In this document: positions 24,493 to 39,081 of the stretch, piece after piece | Layout of the letters: each line of letters opens with the position of its first letter | Position numbering within the stretch: the first letter of the stretch is position 1 | From: Octopus sinensis | Taxonomy: Eukaryota | DNA length: 64,000 nt | Reading direction: 5' to 3' | Assembly: GCF_006345805.1 (NCBI RefSeq) | Contig: NC_043010.1 | Coordinates: 30,194,001-30,258,000 of the forward strand | Notes under the pieces: generated by a model | Database searches by the model: none | What the model saw: only the letters and a program-made list of their open reading frames with translations | Told to the model about the DNA's origin: nothing | Program-made: the position numbers and the translations under genes

Positions 24493-25329
24493 TATATAAT
24501 ATCTATGCAAGGCCGTGAGCTGGTAGATCGTAGCATGCTGGACAAAATGCTTACCAGCCTTTCGTCCGTGTTTACATTCTGAGTTCAATTCGGGTGGTCG
24601 ACTTGCTTTTCGTCATTACAGGGTCGATTAAATAAGTACCAGTTGATCACTTTGGTCGACGTAAGCCAATTTGTTCTTTCCTGGAAATCACTGGACTTGA
24701 GCCAAAATTTGAAATCAATATTGTATTGATCAGCTTCTCTTTAATACTTTTTTCAATTATTTTTCATTAGTAGTAATGCGTGTCATTGATATGTTAATTA
24801 CTCTTTCTCAGGAGCCACATTCAAAGTGTTATTATATATATATAGATTTACTCCTCTTTTATGTGTGTAATTGAAGTTGAAAATGATCAATTTCGTACAT
24901 GACCTTCTTTTTGTTTATTATATGACAATAATAAGGAGTTGTATTTGTTATTTTATATATCAATACAGTTGTGACAGTTATATAATACACAAGGCTTTGG
25001 TCGGCTTGGATGGAGCTGTAATGAAAGTGTAATGCCCAACATGATGCACAGTGGGACTAAACTCAAGGTGACATGGTTGGAAAGCAAGCTTCTCCACCAC
25101 ACAGCCACACCTATAAAGGAGAGATACATTTTGGATAATAAACTCCTTGATACAAGATGCTTAACAAAAAGATGGGATATCTACGGCGAAAAGACCTTTG
25201 ATTTTAATATTTACTCAAGCAACGTAGCAACAACGCTACACCATATTGGGTGTTCCAGAATTAACTATCTGTTTCAATGAAATTATGCAAATTAAAAAAA
25301 AAACTGACAGAAGTTTATCTTTATTACCA

Positions 25330-25725
25330 AAACAAATAGATTTATAAATCTTACGTCAAGCTTTTATGGAAAATAAATATCCAGTATCCCTGCATACTTC
25401 AGATCTCTCCTTAGCGTTGTGGAACACATTTTGAAGCATTTCAGATGTTAGCTCCTGCACTGCTAACTGAATGTGTTCTTTAGGCTCAGCTGAACGATTG
25501 CTCCATCTTGGGGATGGAGGTAAAGAACGGGATTGTTCCTAAATTAAAAAAAAATCCGGTCATGGACAAATAAGAGAGGTCCAACAGGAATGAAAATAGA
25601 ATTATAAGCAAAATTCAAAATTTATACGCTTTTAACACATATTAAACATGATAAACATAAATAAAAGCAAGTTTTTTTTTAAATGCATCCGATTTCACTC
25701 AAATCATCGTTAATTCTGGGACACC
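25330..25725 (-). mobile_element. Tc1/mariner-family 3' remnant
   Basis: Terminal tacagggtgtcccagaatta-type repeat at ~25705-25725 and a decayed C-terminal transposase-like segment. Confidence 0.4.
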
Positions 25726-27270
25726 CTGTATCTACTCGTCCGACTAAAACAGGGGAAGGTAACAGAGGTGGTAGGGGCTAATTGCAGGTGGCGAGCGTAG
25801 CTTCCAGAAGTGGTCACGCGGTCAAATTCGAATGGTTGTGAGTCACAACAGTTAGCAGTTTGTTGTTTTTGTATGAACAGTTTGCATTATATAGTTCAGA
25901 CATGGATAACATAGAAAGCAGACATGCTGCCGGGCCATGCTGCGTTACGCAAGATTGGAGATGTGAAACATCAACAAGGCACTTCTGAAGAATAGATGAA
26001 TGGGCTTGTTGTACCTTAACTCAGCCGCACACACATGCACAAGGTCCTGTGGTGCATGGGATGGTAACATGAAGCATCGACAGGGCGCCGACAATAATTT
26101 TAATGTTCTTCTCATTTCCTATGCCAAATTGGACAAAAAGATTTCATGAAATATTATACGCTACTTATAATGCATATATAGTATCAATATTTTATCGTCG
26201 GAAAATGACCTAAACAAAGATAAAACCCAGTGCAGTATACTCAAATCTGATTAATCTGCAATTTTGGTGGGGTCCATAGTCGGCGTCGGAAATGTTGTTT
26301 AGTCAACAGCAATTCGAGGAGCCTGATAAATGTTTGTTGTACATTTGGAAGACAGCGACTGGATGCTCTTCAACTTACGGGCCTTAATGCCGAGAAAATG
26401 CTTTTAAAATGCGGTTTATCTGCCCCTGGGCCTGCAATAGGCAAGAAGTTGAATTTTTTTTGGACTTATGACACTCCAAATACTCTATGTAACGCATGTG
26501 TAAAATTTCATTAAGATCAGTTGGGTGGATCTCGAGTTTTAACGGAATGACAAACACACAGACAGACAGACATCTGTTTTTTATATACATATAGATTCTT
26601 TCTTTCTTTTAATTATTCCCCAATATTTCTTTCAATTTTTCTTTCATTCATACATCAATATTTCTTCCTTTTATTTATTCTCTATTCTATCTTTCTCTTA
26701 ACCATTTTTGATATTTCTTTTAGTTAGTCTTCAAATTGTCATTCTTTATGATTCAATATTTGTTCCCCCCAATATTTAATTTACCCTGTTATTCTTCATT
26801 GTAACTTCAGTTATTCTTTAATTCAATAACCATTTCAGTTATTCTTTAGTATTTCATCTATTATTTTCGAGTATCTCTTTCATTTTTCCTTAAAATATCA
26901 CCCATAAATTATTTCTCAATTTTTTTTAACCAATTCTATTTGTCTTTAGGTTTGTTTTTCTCTTTTGTAAAATCAAATATATTTTCGCTTGAACGTTGGT
27001 TAGATATCAAAATTCCCACAAGTTTCGAAATCTGTTAAAAACACCCAAATATTGAAATTGACATGATTTCCAAGATCGGTTCGTCTTGTTTTTGTGGTGG
27101 TGGTGGAGAATTGCTCTTATGTTTGTAGTAGAGGGGCAAATATGACGTTTATGATATTTTTACTTCCCAAAGACTCTCAGACTCGGCTGGTAGGGAGCTT
27201 TTCTCTTGTTTAATAATGAACACTTGAATTGGACTAGATATTTTTTAAAATGCTGTTAATGTAATTACAG

Positions 27271-27488
27271 ATGTGATGAATTGGACAGTGACTGTCTACA
27301 ACAGTACCGACGTCACAAACAAGCTGACTCTTTATTTTTACAGAGTTAAGGGAATTATAGAGACACATTTTTTAAGTGAATACGACAAAGATAGAACATA
27401 TGAAAACAGATATAATTTTATCACTTCTCGTTTTAAAGAATGGAGTGGATTACAGATCACAGTATACACAAATGAAATGATTAAAGAC
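27271..27488 (+). CDS. Exon (phase 1-0), PLAT-like module: DVMNWTVTVYNSTDV...TNEMIKD
   Basis: aattacag| and gac|gtaagt, 218 nt open. Confidence 0.8.
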
Positions 27489-27593
27489 GTAAGTAAAATT
27501 CAATTATTCCTAAGAGTTTTGTATTAATTGTTTAGCACCATATCAACTCTATAATTAAATACATTCTAACTTAGTCAGTCTCGTCTTATTCAG

Positions 27594-27650
27594 ATAAGCA
27601 TAATCAGCACTACATTATGCAATATGTCTTCCTCTTTTCAAGACGGCCGG
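27594..27650 (+). CDS. Probable exon (phase 0-0): ISIISTTLCNMSSSFQDGR
   Basis: tcttattcag| and cgg|gtgcgt; begins with Ile like the other second exons of each module; skippable in frame. Confidence 0.45.
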
Positions 27651-28324
27651 GTGCGTTTTGAATGAAATTTGACTGCCTTTTCTAACAGATAGAGTGACCA
27701 GGTTGAATTCTTCTAAAACCCATGATGAACTTGATAAAAAATTCTCGCATATTTTAGTTTCAACTGAAATTCTTACTGACTGAATTTGCAAAATACTTAT
27801 TGAATATATTTTCCTTCGCTTCAACGTTTCAAAATTACTGCGTAACATCCGGTAACATAATCATGTGCACTGATAATGATTTTAACATAGGAACAAGAAG
27901 ACAGATCTTTTAGGATATGAGTATAAGCGATGAAAAGACCTAATAGCTAAGTAGTACATCTTTATAATGAAATATTTTTGTTACTCCCTTTTTATGAATG
28001 TTTGCGAAATGGCAGAGTGTTTATTCCCGGTTATTGCGTTCTGAGTTCAAATTATACAGAGCCCAACTTTACTTTTCATCTTTTCAGTGTCGATAAAGTA
28101 TTAACCTAAGATGGTGTACTGGTGGACTAGAGAGTCATTTGGACGTCGTATAAAATTCATTATGGCATTTCTTCCGGATCTTTGCATTTTGAGTTCAAAT
28201 TGCATTGTGACCTGCTTAGACTTATTACGTCACTCGGTTTAAGACCTTCATCTGATTCTTTAGTACCTTTAAAGAAATTCACTTTGCAAGCATCCGAGTT
28301 GGGTCTTCGGTTTGAAGATAGCAC

Positions 28325-28539
28325 TCTCTCTTTACTCTTTTACTTGTTTCAGTCATTTGACTGCGGCCATGCTGGAGCACCGCCTTTAATCGAGCAACTC
28401 GACCCCGATTCTTTTGTAAGCACAGTACTTATTCTATCGGTCTCTTTTGCCGAACCGCTAAGTAACGAGGACATAAACACACCAGCATCGGTTGTCAAGC
28501 AATGCTAGGGGGACAAACACAGACACACAAACACACACA

Positions 28540-28590
<51 letters not shown>

Positions 28591-28752
28591 GACGGGCTTC
28601 TTTCAGTTTCCGTCTACCAAATCCACTCACAAGGCTTTGGTCGGCCCGAGGCTATAGTAGAAGACACTTGCCCAAGGTGCCACGCAGTGGGACTGAACCC
28701 GGAACCATGTGGCTGGTAAACAAGCTACTTACCACACAGCCACTCCTGCACC
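28325..28752 (-). mobile_element. Abundant tRNA-derived SINE with internal (TA)n
   Basis: cagtcatttgactgcggccatgctggagcac tail; partial copies at 38870-39060 and ~37375. Confidence 0.75.
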
Positions 28753-29580
28753 TCTCTCCCACTCCTCACAACAATCTGGAAGACCCTGCGGTGGTAGCTG
28801 TAGGGTTATAGGCATTGACATAACCTTCTGACTAAGAAGCTTACCTTTTCAAATATGGTAACTGACACTTCGACCTCTGCCATTGTTGATAGCAACAGCA
28901 ATTCCATGCAACGCTATGCAGTGTCTCTTCTTTCACTCTTATTTGTTTAAATCATTGGAGTGTGACCGTACTGGCGCATCACTTTCAACGGTTTAGCCTA
29001 ATATATTGATCTCCGCACTTATCTTAGTCCTTTACAGTTTGTCGAAGTGTAAATTGTAGGATATAAGACAATTTTCAAGATGCCATATAGTGGGATCAAA
29101 TCCGTACTCGTAATGGCAAGGCAACTTTCTTAATGATGCGCTGTACCTCCATCTTTTTTTCTGCTTTGTTTTTCGGTTTTCTTTTCGAATAAAGTTAGAT
29201 TTGGAGGAAACATTAATCATTCTGTGATAGTTGGTGAATTCGTTAATAAAATTTAGGTTGTATATATATGTGGAGAGAGTTAGAGAGTGTCATTATGCAA
29301 TGCTGTTGAGGTTCTGTGTAGGTGCATTGAGGTACACGTCGTTCCATAACTGGTTATAAATAAACTACCAGTTAAATTATTACACCTCGCACAGAAGAGG
29401 GTCTCTACTAATCGATTTTATCAATCACTGAACCTTTCGATGATAGGTTTCCTCGATAAGAAGTAGTCTGGTACTAAATCAACAATATCAACAACTAATT
29501 TGCGAAAATCTTTACTTTTAAACATTTGTAAGACAACCATCAATGAACAAGGCTAACAGTGTTGTATCTTATTTACTTAG

Positions 29581-29638
29581 GGATTTCAATTAATGATAAA
29601 TGAAAGCGGTCATCGGCCTTTGAATTTCACTGCACTTG
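29581..29638 (+). CDS. Exon (phase 0-1): GFQLMINESGHRPLNFTAL
   Basis: tatttacttag| and cttg|gtaaga, 58 nt, supplies the phase needed for 35811. Confidence 0.65.
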
Positions 29639-29704
29639 GTAAGAGCAGCGCACTGCATGTACGTTTTGCAACTCCTTGTACAAGTAAGTAATAAAGGCAT
29701 TAAA

Positions 29705-29744
<40 letters not shown>

Positions 29745-29748
29745 TCTC

Positions 29749-29793
<45 letters not shown>

Positions 29794-30369
29794 TAATCTC
29801 TCTCTATATATAAGGCTGAAGTTGTCTGTGTATGGCAGGTTTGGTAGCCTTCAACTAACACAATCTCCTTCGAGACCCTGCGGCGCAAGTTGACCAAAAT
29901 TGAGAGTATGATAGAATAAGGCTTGCTCTTCCTTCCGTAGAAGAAAAAAAATTCAAATCGGACCATGTTAAGACCAAAAATTATTTACATCAAAAAGGTG
30001 CTTTTTTTCTATGCAAACCCCTATTTTTTACGATTTTTTAACAGCTGTGTCGCCATTTTTCGATGCATTTCAATCAGAAAAATGTTCACTTTAAGAGCTA
30101 CATAATGCAAATTTTTTACATTTCAAAAATTCCAATTCTAAAGGGTCGAAACAAACCCGAGCAACAGATTAAGAAAACAGAAAAAAAAAAAAAACAAGAA
30201 ACAAGAACAACGCGAGGACGTAGTACATGCAAAGTTTTAATGAGACGCTCAGAGAAGTAAAGAAAGAGTGGTTAGACATAGGAAAGTTCAAAAGAAAAGG
30301 AAAAAGGGAGGAAAAAATCGCCAACGGTCCACGTGAAGTTACATTTTTGAAATGACCGGAAGCAGATAT

Positions 30370-30600
30370 ATTTCTTTACTACCCACAAGGGGCTAAACAC
30401 AGAGAGGACGAACAAGGACAGACAAACGGATTAAATCGATTACATCGACCCCAGTGCGTAACTGGTATTTAATTTATCGACCCCGAAAGGATGAAAGGCA
30501 AAGTCGACCTCAGCGGAATTTGAACTCAGAACGTAACGGCAGACGAAATACGGCTACGCATTTCGCCCGGCGTGCTAACGGTTCTGCCAGCTCGCTGCCA
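30370..30600 (-). mobile_element. SINE with gcctttcatcctttcggggtcgataaattaagtaccag central motif (Meta-domain-like)
   Basis: Inverted relative to the same-family array at 30843-31417. Confidence 0.8.
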
Positions 30601-30842
30601 TAACCGGAAGCAGATATACAAAGAGAAAGTGCTTTCTGGGAAGGAGAATGTGAAGAATGGTTGGTATCTGTGTGTATGTGTGGGTGTGTACGTGTGGGTG
30701 TGTGTGTGTGTGTGTGTGTGTGTGGTAGTAAGTGTGTGTGCGTGTGTGTGATAGCGCGTGTGTGTATGGTAGCGCGTGTGTGTGTGTGTGTGTATGCGTG
30801 GTAGCGTGCGTGCGTGTATTGGTGACCGGATGTGTGAGTACG

Positions 30843-31417
30843 AGGTGTGGTCTGGCAGAAACGTTAGCACGCCGGATGAAATACTTAGCGGTATTTCGTC
30901 TGCGTTACGTTGTGAGTTCAAATTCCGCCGAGGTCGACTTTGCCTTTCATCCTTTCAGGGTCGATAAATTAAGTACCAGTTACGCAATGGGGTCGATGTA
31001 ATCGACTTAATACCTATGTCTGTCCTTGTTTGTCCCCTCTGTGTTTAGCCCCTTGTGGGTAATAAAGAAATAGGTATTTCGTCTGTCGTTACGTTGTGAG
31101 TTCAAATTCCGCCGAGGTTGACTTTGCCTTTCATCCTTTCGGGGTCGATAAATTAAGTACCAGTTACGCACTGGGGTCGATGTAATCGACTTAATACCTA
31201 TGTCTGTCCTTGTTTGTCCCCTCAATAGGTATTTCGTCTGTCGTTACGTTGTGAGTTCAAATTCCGCCGAGGTTGACTTTGCCTTTCATCCTTTCGGGGT
31301 CGATAAATTAAATACCAGTTACGCACTGGGGTCGATGTAATCGACTTAATACCTATGTCTGTCCTTGTTTGTCCCCTCTATGTTTAGCCCCTTATGGGTA
31401 ATAAAGAAATAGGTATT
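30843..31417 (+). mobile_element. Head-to-tail trimer of the same SINE
   Basis: Units restart at ggtatttcgtctg (30889, 31073, 31228). Confidence 0.8.
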
Positions 31418-32599
31418 AACTGATTATATCTGTTTGTTGTGTGAGTGGTCCGCGTGTGTCTGTTAATGTTGTAGTGAGAGATTAGCAGCTATGTTGAGAG
31501 GTACGGGTGGTTGTGGCAGTGAGTGTGTGCTTTTCAAGTGAGTCGGGGCAATTTGAAGGGGATTTGAGAGGCACTCGGAAGGGTGGGTGTGGACGTGTGT
31601 ATGTGTTGGCATGTGCACGTAGACGGAGTGGGAATGTGTGTATGTGTGTGTGGACATGTGTGTGGGTGCGTGTGTGTCCCACTCTCTCTGTGTCACTGTC
31701 TCTCTCTTTATATGTATGCGTGTGTGCGTGCGAGAATGTGTGTGTATGAGCGTGTGAGTGAGTGTGGAAGTGTATGTGTGTGTGTGTGTGTATGTCTGTC
31801 CGTGTATGTCTGTCCGTGTATGTCTGTCCGTGTATGTCTGTATTGAGTGCGTGGAACTATATGTGGATTTATGTGTGCGCATGTGTGTATGTATGTGGGG
31901 TTGCGTCTGTGGAAGTATATGTTCGTTCATGTGTGTATGAGTGCGTGTGTGTATGCGTGTGTGCGTGTATGTACGTGTGTGTATGTGTGCGCATGTATGT
32001 GTGTTGTGTGTTTGTTGTGTGTGCAGAGGTATATATGCGTTCGTGTGTATGCGTGTGTGTTTTTGCACCTGCGTGCGTGTGTATGTGTGTACGTGTGTGA
32101 GAGGGAGAGATGGGTGAGGTGGCGTGTGGATGTGTTGTCTGAAGGGTGTGTGAATAGGTGAATGTGGCTGTGTGAAAGGGTGAGGGTGGATGGTGTGTGT
32201 GTTGGCATGTGTGCGTGGATAGAGTGGGAATGTGTACATGTGTGTGTACACAAGTATGAGTATGTGTGTGTGTTTATCTTTGTGTGTCATTCTGTCGCGC
32301 GCTCTCTTACTGTATACATGTGTGTGTATGTGTGTGTACCTAACTCTGCGTGTACCTAACTCTGTTGCGTGTGTGGAAGCGTATGTATGTGTGTATATGT
32401 GTGTATGTGTGTTCGTTGTGTGTGTGTAAGAGCTATGTGGAGGTATGTGTGCATTCGTGTGTGTGTGTAGAGGGTTGTGTGTGCGTGCGTTAGAGGGAGA
32501 TGAGTGGTGGTAGGTGGTGTCTGGTGTAGGAATAGGAGATAAATTATTAATACAAACCATAATAGTACAAATAATTACAAATAACTAGAAACTGTAAAA

Positions 32600-35060
32600 T
32601 AAACCGAATTTTTATTTAACCATGATGGTCTACACGAAGAGAGGACGTTACAAAGACAGACAAGGGGTTGGGGAACGAATGACTAACAACCATGAATTTA
32701 GACATACAGTTAAAAATAAATGAAAAATATGAAAATCGAGTGGATTAAAACAGAAACCCCCCAAACCACGTACCAACGCTGAAACTTGTTTTTTTTTACC
32801 GTTTTGTTCTCACTCAAGTAGATTCATTCACTCTCAACATGTTCGCAACAATCTTCCATCTCTTCACGAATGCACTTTGCGACAAGCATCTCCTCTCCAG
32901 TCTTATTTACCTTTTTAGGTGGAAAAGGAAAAAGTTAACCAACCCAAAGCTGAAGATGAAGATGCCCATCACAATGCTTTTCACTCGCGTCTTCCATACT
33001 ACTTCCTTCATGATAGCCACTACACAGAGGAAACAACCTGCTCTTCCCTGTTCAGAGAAGTCGGCAGAACAATCTTAATTATAGATTCGGATGATATTTA
33101 TACTCTTCATGTCGTGACAGCAGTTGCTCGACATAAACCTATAGTTCCAAGATCTTCGGACACTGCAAAGTTGCGTGCAGAACAGTTTCACTATTCTGCC
33201 CGCATCTTGGGCATGTTGTCGTGGATGAAGAACCATACCAGTAGAATTTATCCCGACCAAGTAAGGCTCCTCGGTAACATTGCCATGCCTGGTGGAACCC
33301 CCCGCTGCCAGCGTCACCCATCTGGGAAAAGAGTAAGAGTGCCTAACGGAACTCTGCTTGCCAAGCACCCACTTCGATCTAAGTGGTGAATGGCGGAAGC
33401 AACAGTCTGACGAACGGAGATCACACCTGCTCACCATCAAAGTAGAGCTAGCGATGCCTCAGACTCAGTGCATGCCTGCACATTTTGAGCCATGGCATCC
33501 CCAGCCCACCCTTCAGCGGTTGTTGGCAGCAAATAGAGCGCCTTACAAGAGGTCTCCTTCTCCTCCACAAAAACGGAAGAGCATGCGTTCCAGCTTGTTC
33601 AGCAACGAATTTGGGCAAGGCACGACGGTCAGGTGGTAGGTAATTACAGATGCGATAAACACACCTGCAACCTCCGCCCTCCCTTTCAGAGATAGCTTCC
33701 GTATAGACCAGGTTTGAGTTAGGAGAGCCACCCTACTCGTCACCTCACCCCAGTTGTTCTCTATCTGGAGTTCTGAGCCAAACCAGACTTCTAGCATTTT
33801 CATCGATCCGTCCGTCCAACGTCCCACGACGTTGTTGGGCGGGATCGACTTGCTCCCCCAGGTACCGATTTGAAAGCCGACCGACTTATCCCGCGTAATA
33901 CCTTATGGCCTTATCTACCCATTGTAGGTGTTCAAATCAGGATATGATGTTGGTGATGTAGTACGCATACGCCAAAACCGATTCTCCACACCATAGATCT
34001 CGTGGGATGCCTCTCATAGCCTCCAACTTCTGCAGAAATGTCTCGAAGGCCAAAACATACAGAAGTGGGGAAAGAGGATACCCTTGACGTACCGAATGCT
34101 CAATACAGAACCGTTCCAAAACGAAACCGTTCACCTAAACGATCGAATCGATGTTGCGATACAAAGCAGTGATCCACCCACGGAAGGTGGGTTCAAACCC
34201 GGCCGCCGCAAGGACCACTGCCAGATACCGATGTTCAACCCTATCAAACGCTTTCGATTGGTCTAAATGGACCATAGCCCCATCCTCACCAGGAATTCTA
34301 TTTACCCTCTTTAAGGTGTAGCGTATAAGATGGAGATTGTCATGAATCGACCTGCTAGGGATTTCGCAGGTTTGCATATCCTCAACAAGTGAACCCACGG
34401 CTTGCGCCAAACTTTTTGCTAAAATCTTGGCCAAAATATTAAGCTCTGGGTCGAAAATTATCAAGTACATTCCCTTCGTTTGTATCCTTTTTAGCAGCAC
34501 CACAACCCCCGGCTCACAGACCCAGGAATGCTCCCATTATGCTGCCAGTTGCTGTAGACGCATGCTATGTGCCCAAACAAGTCTTGCATACTATAATACA
34601 ATTTGCAGGGGAGACCATCTAATCCTGGCAACCTATTCCCGTCACAGTCCGATAGTGCCTCCTCCACTTCCGCAGCAGTGATCGGCCCGTCACAGCATTC
34701 CACTTCCCGCCCCGAAAGGGGTGGCAAACCAGCGAGGAAGTCCGCGAGGTCCTCCTCACTCTCCGGTTTACCGCCCCCCCAAAAAGATGGGCGAAATGCT
34801 CGTGAAACTACCTTGCACATCTCCTCGGTTTCGTTTACTGAACGCTCATGCTGGTCCGTCAAAGACCTTATTGTGCCACTATTTCCACGTTGGGTCTCTA
34901 ACACACGGACCCATCCGGCAACGTTGATTTCCTCCTGTCGCATTGCACGTAACTTAACCCTGACAATACATCTTTCGTGTTTAGTTTTGAGATGTTGGTC
35001 GTGATCCAACTTTGTAGCTAAAATGCAGGATGCTAGCCTGACCACATTGCTATTTCTAGA
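32600..35060 (-). mobile_element. 5'-truncated Tx1-like LINE (RT, zf-RVT, 3' UTR), degenerate
   Basis: PGLDGLP, ILAKILAK, HLDQSKAFDRVEH, VRQGYPLSPLLY, SETVLHATLQCP, LFHLKR.. Confidence 0.9.
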
Positions 35061-35339
35061 GCCTTAATTAAAAGATCAAAAATAGAAAAATAAATAGATA
35101 AAATGAAGATATCAAATTAAACAAGTAAAACACTAACAGAAATAATCTTATAAAAAAGACTAATGAAAATGAATGAATGAATAAAAAATGAATGAATGAA
35201 TGAAATAAACGAAAAAAGCGAATGAAAAACAAATAGAAAATTAATAAAAGATAACCGAATAAAAAATAAATAAACGATAAAAAATCGATAATGAACGAAT
35301 GAAAATAATAAATAAATGAGTAAAAAATAATTTTTAAGG

Positions 35340-35560
35340 AAGATGCAGGGACGGTCATTGAGAGGAGGGGTTTGTATTGAGTCCGAAAGGAGTTTTGGTA
35401 CGTAGAGTAAAAATGTAACGCTGCTCCAGGCGGAGTCTAGAGTTGGTGGATCCATTGCGTAGGACAAGGCCGAAGACAGTGATATTTGAGGTGGAGTGGT
35501 TGACCGAGCGAAAATGACGAGCGAGCGACGGGGGTGTTCGTACGTAGACGAACATCTCGT
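35340..35560 (-). mobile_element. Penelope-like GIY-YIG C-terminal fragment
   Basis: LARHFRSVNHS..NITVFGL..SRLRLEQRYIFTLRTKTPFGLN. Confidence 0.7.
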
Positions 35561-35563
35561 AGT

Positions 35564-35635
<72 letters not shown>

Positions 35636-35810
35636 AAGAGAAGGGAAGGGAGAGAAATAGATAGAAAGAAAGAGGAACAGTTGGGATGGAAAGAGAAGAG
35701 AGAAAGTTTCAAATATTCTGTTGAATTCATTCATTACTTCCTTTCCTTATGTTTCCATAATTCCTTTTGCTCTCACTTTGCCATAATGTCTCCCTTTTCA
35801 TATTTTCCAG

Positions 35811-35906
35811 ATCATGCAAATGTTCAAACAGGAGAGTATTTTTTAACAACCTGCATTGGAAATAACTATTGTTTATATGAACCGGATTTCACTATCATTG
35901 TAGCAG
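35811..35906 (+). CDS. Exon (phase 1-1): DHANVQTGEYFLTTCIGNNYCLYEPDFTIIVA
   Basis: tattttccag| and gcag|gtaatt; only phase 1 is open. Confidence 0.75.
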
Positions 35907-36207
35907 GTAATTAGTCTTGCTTATTAATTAACAGTACATATACTTCTTTTTGTGCTTTTTCACATGACTAAGAGGATTTCAGAGCAGCGCCTTTAACTAT
36001 CCTTAGAACTTGATGATTGTTGGAACGATGGAAGAAGCCTTTCTTAAAGAGGACAGTCTGAGCGCTTACAATGGACTGGAGCCCGCTAGGCATACAAGTT
36101 ACCAGATGGTGGTATGTATCCGGGCGACGGATTAAGTCTGCTACCCAATTGCTGGAACAGTTTCTTGAACGTTGAATTATAGAGTTGTGAAACAAATCTT
36201 TTACGTA

Positions 36208-36465
36208 GCTTCTTCTTCTTCTTCTTCTTCTTCTTCTTCTTCTTCTTCTTCTTCTTCTCTTCTTCTTCCTCTTCTTCTCCTTCTTCTTCTTTTCTTCTTC
36301 TTCTTCTTCTTCTTCGGTCTTCTTCTTCTTCTTCTTCTTCGTCTTTTTCTTGTGTTCTTCGCTGCGTTCTTTCTTCTTCTCTTCTTCTTCTCCTGCTTCT
36401 TCTTCTTCTTCGTCTTCTTCGTCTTCTTTACTCCTTCTCTTCTTCTTCTTCTTCTTCTTCTTCTG
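36208..36465. repeat. (TTC)n trinucleotide tract
   Basis: Direct reading. Confidence 0.95.
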
Positions 36466-37144
36466 TTCCCTCCTGTATTTCATCAAGTCGTTTTGCCCTA
36501 AATACACGCAGCGAGATGAAGTATTTAGTTTTGTCCCAAACATGAAGTTAATTTGAATTCATGAAATACTGCTAGTTCACTGCCTAATCCGTGCTATTAT
36601 TTTCTTTGTTATAGTTTATAGATAGATTTTTTTAATGCTCTAATTCAAGCAAAACCGGATTATGTTTCACAGTTCTTCAGAATCAATATGTAAAGTAACT
36701 TAAAGTCATCACAGTCCTCACTAGTGCCTCTTAGCCATGATTTATTTCCATCACATATCTTCGTATTTGACAATGAAATAATATTTGTTAAGTTGTTAAA
36801 CAAATATAATTCTGATGCCAGATTCCAAGATTATTGTTATTTTTATTTATATATTTATACTTTTTTTATATACATCTGTATTTTTATATACGCCTGTACT
36901 GACTTTTCTCACTGCAAATGCCATTCCCTACAAAGGCACAAACGTAATTCTTTCCCAAATAAATTGCGCTTCATATTCGAGGCTCAACTATGAGTCCACT
37001 GCATCTCATAGCAGAAATAGCTGCAAGCTAATAAAGTTCATAAAATTATCATTTATTCCTTTGTCATCTTTTCTTACATACTCATACATATATTTATTAT
37101 ATTTTTTGTTTATTTCAAAGATCTTTTTCTAAGCGTAATTGCAG

Positions 37145-37341
37145 AGTGGTTTCTACTAATAACAAACATCAAGCACAATAATATAATTCTGAATATTATT
37201 GTAAACGATGTCATAACTTCATATGGCCCATCAAATTTATACAACGGAATGCTAAAAATAAGTTGTGGTACCACAACCACAACTTATTCTGACAAAATGA
37301 AAATTCGACTCTTTCCAGGAGGAAACTGTGACGCAGTCAGA
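37145..37341 (+). CDS. Exon (phase 1-0), divergent PLAT-like module: EWFLLITNIK...GGNCDAVR
   Basis: gtaattgcag| (in-frame alternative acceptor at 37121) and aga|gtgagt; open frame missed by the ORF track. Confidence 0.7.
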
Positions 37342-38793
37342 GTGAGTAACTATCAATTAAATTCTATTATTGGTTTTAGCAACTGAACTGCGGCCATGCT
37401 GGGTCCATGACATCAAGGGATATCATTGATCATACTGATTCCAATATTTGTTGGTCTGGTACTTATGCTGTCGATCTTTATTCATCTAATCATTGAATTA
37501 CATTCTGATTATAAAAAGACAGCCTGGTACATAGTTTTACATTGGTAAACATTGATATAAACACAGATACATACACACAAATATATGCGTGTATGGGTAA
37601 TTCCTGTCATTTCACTCAAGATTCGTCCCGAAGGTTCTCAATTAAAAAAAAGTTACTATTTGTTTGTGTCCACGTGAGAAGTAAATCCTGAAAATTGCAA
37701 CCCGATAGCTTTAATCATTCTTATTTTATGGCCTTTAAATTTTTTAGGGAATTTCCAACAATTTCCGCTCTTTTAGTTTATTTCCGATTTGAGAGGCTTG
37801 CATTTTGAAATTGGGCTTGTTACGAACCTTTGTAAAGTTGTTTTCCTTATCTCCTCACTAAAGTGTTAGTTTTTTAACTTAGATGCCTTTGGAAAGGGCG
37901 TTTTTTTTCTATATCGTACCACTCTGAATTAAGAAAGCTGTTTTCGAAATGCAAGATCCTGTTTGCCAATGACATCATTGTTATTGTAGAGTTGACATAT
38001 TAACATTGTAAAGCAAATAAGTTTCGAAATCTTTGAAATTATCGCACAAGGAAATCCGGACCCTTGCATTTGAGTGATTTTTTGCAATTTCTGAATTTGG
38101 TCCATTTTCAGTGGAGCCCAAAAATCAAGACCCACCTCCAGATGTACTTTAAGAATATATATAATTTCGTTTAGCTTTCATATTCCTGTGATAAGTTATT
38201 GAGATGCAAAATTTAAAAAAAATATTCAATATCTTCCGGACTTTTGATTTCCTTGCATATTTAAGCGTCCCATTAAGGACGAAAGACACGTTTAAGTTCT
38301 ACTATCGGAATGGAATAGATGGGGTACTTTAAACGTACGATCATTCTGTGAAAGTTACTTAAATGTTGAATCATGTGAAAAGTGCACATTCTGCATGTTT
38401 TGCATAGTTTTCTTTTTAAATTTTTGATCATTCATTGTTCAAAGGCAGATAAATTAAAACAGTTAGTTCTGACTGATTTTAAAATACTTTCGGGTGGAGA
38501 TATGAAAAATAAACTCACCAAGACGTGGAACAAACACAATTTCAAAATGCAAGCTTCCAAAATCAGAAAGAAAAAAGTAATAAAACGGAAAATTTCGGAA
38601 ATTCCCTAAAAAAAAGTAAATGGCTGTAAAATAAGAACGATTGATTTTATTGGGCAGCAGTTTTTTTGGGTTTACTTCTTATATGGATAAAAAAAAATGG
38701 TAGAAATTTGATAAAAATCGAGAATGGTGGCAATAATCCATGTGCATATGAATGCATGTATATGATACATATGTACATACATTCATATATATA

Positions 38794-38866
<73 letters not shown>

Positions 38867-39081
38867 TCTTTTATTTGTTTCAGTCATTTGACTGCGGCCA
38901 TGCTGGAGCACCGACTTTTTTAGTCGAACAAGTCGACCGCAGGACTTGTACTTTGTAAGCCTAGTACTTATTCTATCGGGCGCTTTGGCCAAACCGCTAA
39001 ATTACGGGGACGTAAACGCACCAACACCGGTTGTCAAGTGATGATGGGGACAAACACATAGACACAAACATACATATATAC

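Noticed and set aside
35968-36543. 191-aa - strand ORF with poly-K/E/R
   Set aside because: Held open by the (TTC)n tract; the remaining ~80 codons match nothing I recognise and lack convincing splice support
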